Shown one piece after another: positions 1-10,699 of a stretch of 64,000 nucleotides of DNA. Origin of the DNA: Isurus oxyrinchus (Eukaryota); the NCBI GenBank assembly GCA_026770705.1, contig JANJGN010000035.1, forward strand, positions 13,764,001 to 13,828,000, written 5' to 3'. The position numbers and the translations under genes are program-made. The notes beneath the pieces are model-generated. The model was not told the DNA's origin, did no database searches, and worked only from the letters and a program-made list of their open reading frames with translations. How positions within the stretch are numbered: position 1 is the stretch's first letter; every line of letters starts with the position of its first letter.

Positions 1-1017
1 CTCTTTTCCACATTTGGATTGGCATGCCTCCCTGGGATAGAGCAGCATGACATTTTTTTTTTCTTTCTGTGACTAAAACCACCGTGTTCAACTGGCAACT
101 TTGCGATTTCCATCTTGACTTGTTTCCTTCCATATGCTCCCTCACTGTGCCTTTTCCAAACTGGGTATGGGAGATATTTCAAGTTCATGGTTTGAATGCG
201 CCTCGCATTCCAATTGATGATCTAAACGCCAATCTCCTCCGGGCCGTTTCCCCTTTTCCCTCCTGGGGTAGCACTATGAACCACCAAATGTTCTGAACAC
301 CAGGCAATATGGTGCTGTGTCTTCCTTTCAGAAATAAGTGAAAACGAGCTACGGACAAACAGGAAAAAATATCCGCAGGGTGTCCTGAGTTATGTTTCAG
401 CCCATGTGCCCCAATGCTTTGATGGGTTTAACCCTCTCTCTCACCGATATGCCCATGGAGGCACATTGGTCTGCGAAGACACGCTCCAGCACAGAAGTAT
501 GAATACTTAATATTAATAAAAACACTGCTCAGGAGAACGTGGGGAAGTGGACAATGTCGAACCTTTTACTGGACACACTGTCCTCTCTGGTCTATTCATT
601 AGCCAGAAGGTTACAGCTCTCACAATTTAGGAAGTTACACCGAATTCATTTTCATCATTTCAGGGAGACGTGAATACTCTTTCTCACAACCAACTAACAA
701 CAAAAAATTACATTGAATTCCCATTCACTAACCTTAATATCTTTTCGTGGTTTACATAGTCTCCAATAATCTAAAGCCACAAATCATGAACGTGAGAGAA
801 AGATTTGTTGTCAAATCTCACACTGCTGAGATGGAGCCAGTCCGAGGTTGGGAGCAAGACAAGATAAAGGGAAGCAGTTGGACTGTGTGGGAAGGGAATC
901 ATCTGTCGAGGGCGGATTCTGACTGGACAATGTTTCAGGGGCGGGAGGATCTGTTGTGAGTGCAAACAGGAGGGGAGAGAAACTGCGGGGGCCCCTGTAG
1001 CTTATTCAGCACATAAC

Positions 1018-1122
1018 CTGATAATGAATCTGGGAGGTCATGTTTCGGGTGCTGCTTTTTCCACTGCCCATGATATGATAAAACACATTTCCTGCTGCAT
1101 TCTCCTGCTCTTTCAACAAAGG
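1018..1122 (-). pseudogene. Decayed 105-nt exon-like block (paralog at 35442-35546)
   Basis: Follows an AG and reads PLLKEQENAAGNVFYHIMGSGKSSTRNMTSQIHYQ. The paralog is gapless and open in the same frame. Donor site is degenerate. Confidence 0.35.
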
Positions 1123-1579
1123 CTGATATTGAGACATACCATGCAGAAATAGTTCACACATAAAAAACCGTTTAAGCACAAGAGTTACCTCAATCAGATC
1201 AACATTGCTGTTTCTGCACTAAACAAACTGCTAGCCAGAGCATTCACATTTTACGCTATTTAAACGTTCCTACTGACTCTTGGAGGTCGATGCAATTCTG
1301 AATAACAGTGGCAGGTTTAGCAGGTAGTGACCATCTCAGCTGATCAATTTTTCAGTAACTCCACAGTTCACTTCCCTACCTGACTTGCACCTGCCCGAAT
1401 TGTCTTCATATCCCTTGATTCACTCTGGGTCCCGAGAAATTATTGGGCTCGATCTCGATTACAATGAGCTGGCACCTACCATCCTCCGGTGTTCAAAACT
1501 CAAAATATTCACAGGCACCTGTCGGCTCGGACAACCGCCTTCTACCAAGATTCTCATTGACATTGTGATCGCAAACAAA

Positions 1580-1850
1580 TCCTCCCCTCTTCCCAATCTC
1601 CTCTCCCCTCTAACCCCCTCTGCTTCCCCTCTCTGCTTGACCTCCTGTCATGTCTTTCCCTTCACCTTCCCCATTTCCCTAAAACCCCCACTCGGCTTTC
1701 TACACTCTCCCCTACCTCTTTACATCTGCTCCTCCAACTCGACCCGTCACCACATCCTTTCACTCTGTCTCCAACATCCCTCAGCCCACTTCCACTCCCG
1801 CTCACACACGCCATCTAGCCTGCTCCCCATCTCCTCCTCTACTGCAAGAT
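1580..1850. repeat. C/T-rich low-complexity tract
   Basis: Pyrimidine-biased tract; paralogous tract at about 36045-36270. Confidence 0.7.
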
Positions 1851-1913
1851 TGCTGTCGGGAAATGCATGGAAATAATAAATGAGATTAGACTCAGATGTT
1901 TCAGGGCAGGCCA

Positions 1914-1985
1914 AGGTCCTTGGCTCAGTTGCTAAGTGAACCAATTCTGTCGACTGGAGATGCTGAGAGCAGCTTCTCAACTTAT
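1914..1985 (+). pseudogene. Highly degenerate tRNA-Thr-like relic
   Basis: ggtccttggctcagttgctaag...ctggagatgctgag; positional paralog of the clearer relic at 36336. Confidence 0.35.
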
Positions 1986-2134
1986 CAGCACATGATCGGA
2001 TTCAAGGTCCCAACAAAGGGCAAAGCATCAGCAGTTGAGGTGTAAATTTCCACCCGACTGAAACCTTTGAGTCTGTGTGACCATAACAGGGAAAAGAAAC
2101 TCAAAGTGGTCCGGGGTAAATTTCTGCGCTACGT

Positions 2135-2255
2135 TTACTTGGTGGGCTGCAGAAATTCAAGAAGGCAGTTCACCACCAAATTCTCAAGGGCAACTGGAGA
2201 TGAGCAATAAGTGCTGACCCAGGCAGCGAAGCCCACATCTCGTGAATGAATACAA
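2135..2255 (+). mobile_element. 3' tail of CR1/L2-superfamily LINE
   Basis: gaaggcagttcaccaccaaattctcaagggcaa...cccacatc..gaatgaa tail, matching the end of the element at 21230-22075. Confidence 0.7.
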
Positions 2256-2699
2256 ATAACTTAATTCTTCTTGAGGTACAGGTCTAATGAGTCATTCTCA
2301 ACGAGCAGGTTCTGGCAGGAACTGAGACCGAACGTGACAGTAGCAAGAAATGAATAATCAATGTGAGTGCACACACATCAGGATACACAGTGGGAGTGGG
2401 GTGGGAGGGAATGATAATAGGGGAAGATCTTGTATTCCAAAATCGATTGAGTGCCCTTAAATATGACATTGCCGCAACTTAGAAAGTTTGATCGAATTTG
2501 CCTTCTTGGATTCAAGGTGGCTGACATCAAACTTCCCTGCCTCCAAGAACAAATTAACTCGTTATCTTCACTCACATTTGGATATCGGTCGTTTTGTAAC
2601 TTCCCGCTGATATTTCTGAAACTGAATGTCGCTCCTGAACTAACGTCAGCCTTGAAATCTTTGAGGGTCCAATGCCAAACTTCGGGGAGGCCGCTTGCT

Positions 2700-3020
2700 C
2701 ATGTTTTTGTTTCTAAGCTTGTAATAGGACTACCAGATCAATGATATTTGGGACATGGGACATCGTAGATGCTGGAATTTGAATTGATTAAAAATGTGTA
2801 ATTTATTATCAAATGATGACCATGAAACCAGTGCCAAAATCAACAACCTGATTCACTGAAGTCCTTAAGGGAAGGAATTCTGCTGTCCTCATGTTCTCCA
2901 GCCTACATGTGACCCCAGCCCCACAATGGAAATGTTGTTAACTCTTAAAAAAGACCCATGAACAAGAATGGGATGTAAATGCTGACCTAACCAGAGAAAG
3001 CTAACGTCCCAGGAGCGCAT
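2700..3020 (+). mobile_element. tRNA-derived SINE, decayed
   Basis: Body motifs gaccatgaaacc, ttcactgaagtccttaagggaagg, ctacatgtgacccca; tail shared with the LINE family. Confidence 0.65.
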
Positions 3021-3542
3021 TTTTAATCAGGAGCCACTTCACACTATATCACTCTGACAGTTAAGTAATTGTTTTAGCGAGAATATTGATGAAAGAAAAT
3101 AATCAGGAGCGAATGGGGCTGCTTGTGTCATAAATGTTCTGTAGGGGGCGGAATCATTAAGCAGGGTATGGAGAGCACTTCTTAATGGACAATATTCTGT
3201 GAATGCTATATTTATCACAAATGCCTTGAAGCCCCTGAGGTTGCAACTTGATCTGTGTGGATAAGTCATCCACCTTTCAAATGTCTGTCTTTCTGTAAGG
3301 ACTGTGTTAAAATGCTTGTAATGTTCATAATTTGTGCTGAAGCTACTCATGAACTTGGTGGAAAGCTGGAATTTGGTCGCACATTTTCTAATGGCCAATT
3401 TGAAATGTTTTTTTTAATGTTCTTTCAGATATCCAATCAATAAAGCATATTACTAAAAAAGCAAGTTATTAAGTTTAAATTATATAAAGACTATTGCTAT
3501 TGTAAGACATTGAAGATTGCTGTGTGAGAGCACATTTACGGA

Positions 3543-3614
3543 ACCCATAAACCTCTGACGGTAGAGCATCAAATTTGAATCTGACGGTCCAGAATTTATG
3601 TCTCTGTTCAGGCG
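3543..3614 (+). pseudogene. tRNA-Lys-TTT: tRNA-Lys(TTT) pseudogene
   Basis: cggtagagcatca...aatctgacggtccag...ctgttcaggcg aligns to vertebrate tRNA-Lys(UUU). Anticodon loop and B box are damaged. Confidence 0.8.
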
Positions 3615-3849
3615 CTCTGTCCATTAAATTGCCCTCAGATGAGGAAGGCATTTTTAATGAGCCATCTCGCAGAACTCAACAGATCTTGATTGCCTTTCAG
3701 CTTCAAATTGCCACAAATTTCTGTGCTTAAGTAATGTTCTTGAACATTTCCACTAGGTTGTTTATTTTAAAAAAGAACGGTTTCTTGACTTGGACCTTAA
3801 TTTGCTTAGATATTCCCATTATTTGAGCAAAGGGAAATTGTTTCTCGGT

Positions 3850-5213
3850 TGCGATGATCGGTGTTATTTTGTTAAAACATCTCTGGGTATATGGTGGCAT
3901 TATGTAAAGAAGACTGTGTGTGTGTGTGCGTGTGTATGTGTCTGTGTGTGTTCGTCTGTGTTTGTGGGTCTGAGCTCAGGATCAATTAAACTGTGGCAGG
4001 TTAATACAAACAGTATGTCCACGAGGACAGAAGGATAATAGTTTAAAGGGGTTATCTTCATGCATGTGTAATGAGAGGTTCTGGTGAATTGGATTTACAA
4101 GTAAAGATATTGAATTTAATATATACTTCAGTAGATAAGTGGAGACTTGCTTATTCGGCTGCTAACTTTCAAAGGGAAGTTGGGAACTGAGAAGGAGCTT
4201 TTAGAACTTGCAAAGTTTTCTCAGGTAAATAAAATGGAAATTGTAATAAATTATTTTGCCCTCAAGTAGAGGCATAAGGAGATCATAGATTTTAATATGG
4301 GAGAATTTGGATTTCCTGTCTTGAAAACAGGCACTTTAACCAACTAAGTCATGGCACTGAAGCACCGAGACAGTACTAGATCCAATCTTCTCATTTGCAC
4401 CAGTGGATTTCCTGCAAGCAGCAACTGGAGTTGTGAGGAATTTGTAACTCTGCGAACGTTATGACCCAGCAGTTTATACAGCCAAATGATTTAAAATGTA
4501 AGTGGGGAAAAGAGGAATATGTCATAACTTATATTTTTATGCGTCATGTTTGAGAGGCAACTCTAAATTCAGGAATCAGACCATCTTTTCTCGAGAGCTT
4601 TTTATATTAAACCTAATCAAACATCTTATTATGTTGCAACACATTTAGCACATACACATAGCTAGAAATTACCGCTATAAATATTAAGGAAACCCCAGAA
4701 TAATCTCCTTTAAGGAAGCAACAACACATGGACTATAAGGAGACACCAGCAAAAGCATTTTCAGCTTTCAAATCTAAAATTAGGTTTATACTCTTCGGTT
4801 CCTTTGCAGGCACAGCGGTAGCATTGCAGGCTTTAATCTTACATTGCCTCTGCCCTTCATACACCAAACTGTTGCCTGTTGTAGCCAGCACATCACAATA
4901 AACGTAAATTCTGATTGCATCACCTGCCCCTTTGAACTACACCTCTTCTAACAATAAAAAACTTTTCATAGTTCCAGTTTTATTAGTGCTATAAATATAT
5001 TGCTTAGTCTCTTGTAGCTACTTGCCATATGTCACTCCCATTCTTGAATGATGTTTTGAACAAAAAGCAAATTTATTCAACCTCTCTTATATCTCATATC
5101 TGGTATATATCAATGCATCCAGGCTAGTTGGCTTTAAGCCAATTGAGATATACTCATAAACCAACACTGTACTTAAAAAAAAAACAATAATACACGTAAA
5201 TAGCTTCAAGGCA
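3850..5213. mobile_element. Probable solo-LTR relics (two abutting), including a (TG)n tract at about 3915-3965
   Basis: Non-coding repeat-like block with tgtcataac at 4520; the paralog ends in cttcgtgaca at about 42757 (TG...CA type ends). No clean TSD seen. Confidence 0.35.
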
Positions 5214-6132
5214 CGAATGATTGAAAACAGCGTCCGAGAACGCACATGAAAACCATTCAATTCAGTTGCGCCAGGAAAGAGCATGCACAGTGCCACCAAA
5301 TGGATCCCTTCAAAATCGCACATGGGTATCATTTTTAATGGCATATTTTTGTAGTGAAGAAAATTTGCCCTGCTGCAACAATTCCCACCCCTCAACGCCC
5401 ATTCATTTGGCGACATATTCTCCACCACATGTGCGTCCCCCTTGATACTCGGGCAATAAATAGCCAGAAAGGTGACATGTAAAGTCACTCTCTCTTGCCA
5501 TGAATTGCGCCTGATGCGCTGAACATGTCGATAATTTGTCTTTTATAATACACCTTACATTGGGAAAAGGAGAGGAGATTGAAACACCTCACATTTCCAA
5601 GTGTTTAAGTGAACATGCTTTTTACAAATAAAAAGTCGCTTGTAAATGCAACACACAATTCGCAAATATAAACTGGAGTTGCATATTTGGCTGCAGAAAA
5701 TAACGTCAGTTACATCTAATACGCATTCTTTCTTTCAAAATGGATGGCATCACTCTTTCCCACCGCCAGGTACAGATGGGATCGTTTTTTGAACCCTAAA
5801 ACCATCGCCATCAATTTGAAACATCCCACTGGCATTTCTGCAAATCAAAGAGGGTTGTTTAATTTACATTATCTTCAACATATTCAGGATCTGATGCACA
5901 AACGAGTGGGGTGGGTGGAATAGCCACATCATAAAACACTGTGAAGAAGAGAGTTTTGAGGAAGTGAGAATGTTGATGAAGAGGAGGCAAAGTAATGGAT
6001 TCGGCCTGCAAGTGTTGGAAATATTCTGTAGAGGGCGGATTTGTTTGATTTGGAATGATAAATAAAAGAAAGGGAAAGTGCTTTTCCTGCTGTGAGACAT
6101 TGAAGTGCGCTCTATGAAAGCACGCTACAGAT

Positions 6133-6206
6133 TCCCTGATAGATTATTCGGTAGAACATCAGACTTTTAATCTGATGGGCCCAGGGTTCAACTCCCAGCT
6201 CAATTG
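6133..6206 (+). pseudogene. tRNA-Lys-TTT: tRNA-Lys(TTT) pseudogene
   Basis: cggtagaacatcagacttttaatctgatgggcccagggttcaactccc: anticodon arm intact, acceptor stem broken. Confidence 0.88.
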
Positions 6207-6314
6207 TCCCTTACTTGACCATGAGCCTCAACTCTGTCTGAAAAGGACCCATGTGCTGAGAGAAGGTCATTGTCAGTGTCAATGTATGTTTTGCCCGAGT
6301 TATGTTAAGTTTTC

Positions 6315-6420
6315 TGCACTGAAGAGATTTCTTAGGGACTCGAAACGTTAACTCTGTTCCTCTCTCCACAGATAAGTGCCAGAAAGGCTGACTTTTACCA
6401 GCATTTTGCTTATTTCATTG
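6315..6420 (+). mobile_element. Penelope-like terminal repeat relic with hammerhead-like core
   Basis: CTGAAGA (6319)...gactcGAAACGTTaactctgttcctctctccacagat. Confidence 0.7.
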
Positions 6421-7479
6421 GACATTACTTTAACAGTAGCCTGACCGGCGATGTAAGTGACAGTCAGATTAATTTCAGGATTATTGTAGTTATTACAGTA
6501 GTAATTTGGCGTTTTCGATCTTTCTTGTGGTAAAAGATATTTAATTTTATAACAGAAAATCCGTTTGAGACTTGGCAGTCTTATCCCCACTGAAATGAAA
6601 GCCTGCATCTCTAAATTGCAATAATGCATTATGATACTTGTTTCATGATTCCTTCTGGGATTTGAGCAACTCAGCACATACCATCCGCGATGTCATAATC
6701 ATTGGCCAAGGCTTTGGCTACCGGTGAGAAGCTGAAAAGCAAATATTTCCTGTCCACTTTTCTTCCTGACCCGAACTGATTCAGAAATGGCTTCAGAGTC
6801 ACAATCTTTAAAACTTTTTCGGTTTTAGTAGCTTCAATTGATTTCTCTCTCTTTCAGAATTTTGTCAGACATTTCCACAAGCATTTGTCTGTTGCTTTTA
6901 GGCTTAAGTCTTGATTGGCGGAGATATTTCAATTGGTCAGCCTGCGGGAAAGGGAGCTTTCTCGATATTAAAACCTTATTACACTAAATATACCGTGATA
7001 GGTCCAATCACCATCCGCCTGAGGTCTATAGGAAGAAGTATTATGCAAATTGTGCTCGGTATTCACCCCTTAAAATGCCAAGTGGGGCTGCTGAATCTGC
7101 AATTCTTCCACCCCGGGAGAATACACTCCTTCTGTTGCTCTGATGAGTGTCTGTAAGAATATCAGAATCTGGGGCAGGGTTAGCATTCACTGCCCTTCAA
7201 GGACTGTTTCAACGTTCAATATGGCCATGTCTCATCTTGTCACTAAATGTCACCTTCCTCGCCTGTTCTCCTGTCCATTTGTTCTGAAAGGAATCCGGTT
7301 CATATCTAAATCTGTGCTGCAGGAAATGAGAGCAGTCTGCAAGTGTCTAGTATTCAAAATCTGCTAAAGCCATTGCATAAAATGATTTTAATTGGTAAGT
7401 TGATGAAAGGACAGTCACTGGGGACAGTAGAACTGCCTGTCAAGGTCTCTGAACAAGCCATTGGCCATTACCAATGAGA

Positions 7480-7710
7480 CAAGGAAAATGTGTTTCTTCA
7501 TAGTCTTGTGAACCTTCTGAATTCTAGTCAGGGGAGAATTGTGCATGTTTGCTTTTTATAATCGAGACTGAGTTCGATATTTAAGAGCATAGGGATGTGA
7601 AGACATCTGAGGAAGGTGACAGGAAGAGCATCATGATTATATAAAATGTTGGAGCAGTCCTGAAGGGCAGCAGATGCTGCTCCTGCTCCTGTTTCTGACG
7701 ATCGTACATA
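7480..7710 (+). mobile_element. CR1 LINE 3' end fragment
   Basis: gtgaaccttctgaattct...ggagcagtcctgaagggc...ctcctgctcctgtttct tail. Confidence 0.65.
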
Positions 7711-8127
7711 CACGGATCAGAGGAACAAGCTGTTCAAAATTGACCCTGGAGCGGATCGAGTGCAGATACAGAGTTTTAATCGGTTCATCGGGAATATAAC
7801 TTGCAAACTGCAGGCTCCGATTTTCTGTAGTTTCTTAAAATTAAGAGTAGACAGATGGAGATGTTAGTTGTGTTAAAGTTGTGTCTTTGGAAACTAACTT
7901 ATTCAGCCTGCCTTGTCTAACAGGAAGTTCTAGCCAAATCAAGGCTTCAGTCACAAAAATATCTCCCAATATATTTACAAGAAATTGGCCGAAATAAATC
8001 AATGGTAGCAATACATTCACACCATTCTGCCGACATTTTAAATCTTGCCCCGTTCGTTTATTTTGATGCCTTAGGGAAATCCAACATAACTTGCTTAAAT
8101 TTCTGACTTTCAAATGAGATAAACTAT

Positions 8128-8201
8128 TACCAAAACAGGGACTTGAACGCCGGAACAGAAGAATAAAAAAAACAATGATTAGCCGAATGTGTTAGTGCTT
8201 C
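8128..8201 (-). pseudogene. tRNA-Lys-TTT: tRNA-Lys(TTT) pseudogene, very degenerate
   Basis: aacagggacttgaac (reverse T-arm) is retained; positional paralog of 45112-45184. Confidence 0.65.
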
Positions 8202-8249
8202 GGCTGCAGTCACTGAATTTTCTGAATACTGTGCACGTGAGAACTGTGG

Positions 8250-9070
8250 ATACTCGCTGGTTATGTTCAAGTAAGGAAGGATATTTCCATTGGTACTGTC
8301 AGATCAGAGGTATTTGAGGACTGATCAAGAAAGTACAATTGACGCAGAGGATGATTTCTGCAGGTATTGATTTTAGGAGCAGTACTGAAGGCCAGGGGAG
8401 GCTATTCCTGTTGACTTTTCTGAAATACTTAGGGGTACTCATGAGAGCAACAAACTGGATGATTTTGAGTTGGGGTGCAAGGAGTGCAGATATTTCAGCA
8501 GCTTTCCACTTTGTAATTGGTTAATTCACCGGACAGATTGCAAACTGTGGTCTTCTGCTTTCTCCAGTATGATAAAATGAAATTGAAATGGGCTGTCGGA
8601 GATATCCATAGTGTTAAACAGGTTAAGCATGGATAAACTGTTTCAGTTTGCTAAAACATAGGGTTGTTCATCTCGGAACGGAGAAGAGGAGATTTATTTT
8701 CCTCTGAGGATTGTGAATCTTTGGATATTTCTGCCTCATAAGGCGTGGTTCGCTGATTATTATTAAGGTGGAGGGAGTTAGATTTTGTCTATTTGCAAAC
8801 GGAGGGGATGCTGGAAACCTGAAACAAACAGGGAAAATGCTGAATAAACTCAGCAGTTGTAATCGTATCTTTGGAGAGAAAAATAGAGTTAAGTTTTTGA
8901 GTCCAAATGACTCTTGTTCGGAAGGGAATAAGAGGGTACAGGACAGTTGGAAGGGTAGCTGGGATTGTGGAACACAAAACACAAACAGATCAGAACCATC
9001 ATCGTATTGAATGGGGTGGCAGGCACGAAGGAACAGTGTAGCCTACATCTTATCCTATTTCATATTTCCT
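8250..9070 (+). mobile_element. Two CR1 3' fragments, with a nested minus-strand Penelope terminal relic at about 8790-8920
   Basis: CR1 tail motifs (ttgtgaatctttgga, gatcagaaccatcatcgtattgaatgg) interrupted by gatgctggaaacctgaaacaaacagggaaaatgctgaataaactcagcag. Confidence 0.65.
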
Positions 9071-10199
9071 GAAGCAGGGGAGATCTATGACAACAAATGG
9101 CCAAGTCAGAATGCACTTTTATCAGTCAGAAAGGCTCGCTGGAAATAATTAACACGATTCCCCCAAAAAGGATCAAAGCTATGATGGCTTGGAGAATACG
9201 TACGATTTTTAATACATTCCGAAACACATCTCAGTCTACTGCATTGAGATATAAAAATAATTGGCGTCCACCACTTACACTGCTGCGGCTCATGCGAGTT
9301 GAATGCATGGAGCTGAGCAAATCACCCGAAAAATAGATTTGAACCCAAAGCAGTCAAATTTATTTTCGAATCCTTTCGCAAGAGAACAATATTTTTGCTC
9401 GGGCACTGAGGTTCACTGTTTATCAAAAGGTATCCCATCCAACATACATAACATTTTATTCCTGAAAATTTGCCCTCCGCAGACTAATGCCATCACATGC
9501 AGACCGACTCCCTTCCATTGAAAAATCTTCTTCCTGTGCAAATTCCTCGCTACTCCACACTTTTGTGTGATGTGACAACTGCTCTTTCCCAGGTTTCCGC
9601 CCATGGGCCCCCAATCTGTTCAAGATCAACAAAACTGAGAGACGAGCAAGTTGCAGAAAGTGCTTCCCGGATGTTGGAAATTGACGGATTATCTACTCAG
9701 TGTCGACAAAATTATGCAAGGTGTTGTTGGGTCAGGGAATGTGCGATGCCATTCACATTGTAAGCAAATCTGTGTCACTTCAGCAAATCATGTCATGTGG
9801 GGGCAGTTGTGAGGTTCCAGCAGAGCGAGATCTTCCTTCAGGCATTGCACATTTTACGATCTTCCCCTGAATTTCCGGAAGGAGTATCCATTACACTGTC
9901 CTTGCTTGTTGGGATTTCGATCTCAGGTCACCCCACCACCGTGGTAGTTGAATATTGCCCGTTTCAACTAGTCATCAAGAAATGAACGCGCAGCGTATTG
10001 GCACGTTCTGAAAGCATGTTAGAACCTCGTGTGTTGGGACCTCATTCTTAAAGGTATTTAGAGAGCACAAGTATAACCATCAGGGGACACACCCTTATTC
10101 AGGGGGTCTAAACCCACCACTCTGGGGTCAGTGTAAAGTTACAAGATGTGCAATGAAGTTACTGAATTTTGGAGTAGGAATGAAAACTCAGTTTCTGCG

Positions 10200-10545
10200 C
10201 CTTGTATTTTTTTTATCCTTGGCCCGTGGAATTCGCTGGCTAGGCCAGCATTTGTTGCACAACCATAAACGACCCTTGAAAAGGTGGTGGTGGGCTGAAT
10301 TATTGTACTGCTGCAGACCATGTTGTATACGTACACCCACAGTGCTATTTGGGTGAGAGTTGCAGGATATGAACCCTGCTACTGAGAAGGAACGGGAGAT
10401 TTGTTTCCAAGTCAGAATGCTGAGTGATCTGGAGTTAGATTCCCCGCAGTGCTTTTTCCCTCTGCCTGCTGCCCTAATCCTTCTGGATGTTAGTGGTCAT
10501 GTTTTTGGAAGCTGCTTTCGAATGAGACGTGTCGAACCCCTGCGA
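10200..10545 (-). mobile_element. CR1/L2-superfamily LINE 3' fragment
   Basis: cgctggctaggccagcattt...cccttgaaaaggtggtggtgggc is the reverse of the family tail. Confidence 0.75.
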
Positions 10546-10699
10546 GCGCCTCTATGTGTCTTATTCTGAGCGCCTGAATGGCAAATCAGTTAAAGGTCTC
10601 TCGCTCTCTCTGTCGCCAATGGCATCCAACGTTAGTATTTCTGTATGTTCCCTTTTCAATTTGAAATTACCTCGTGTTGACAAGAGTGACAGATGATCC

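Noticed and set aside
6855-6885. ttgtggaaATGTCTG on the minus strand, like an H2A start
   Set aside because: The following codons do not encode H2A.
7000-7060. Minus-strand TSSYRPQADG resembling the integrase YHPQxxG motif
   Set aside because: No following ER motif or DDE context; likely chance.
6911-7156. ORF with GQPAGKGAFS resembling a kinase Gly-rich loop
   Set aside because: No downstream kinase motifs, and the paralog is not open in this frame.
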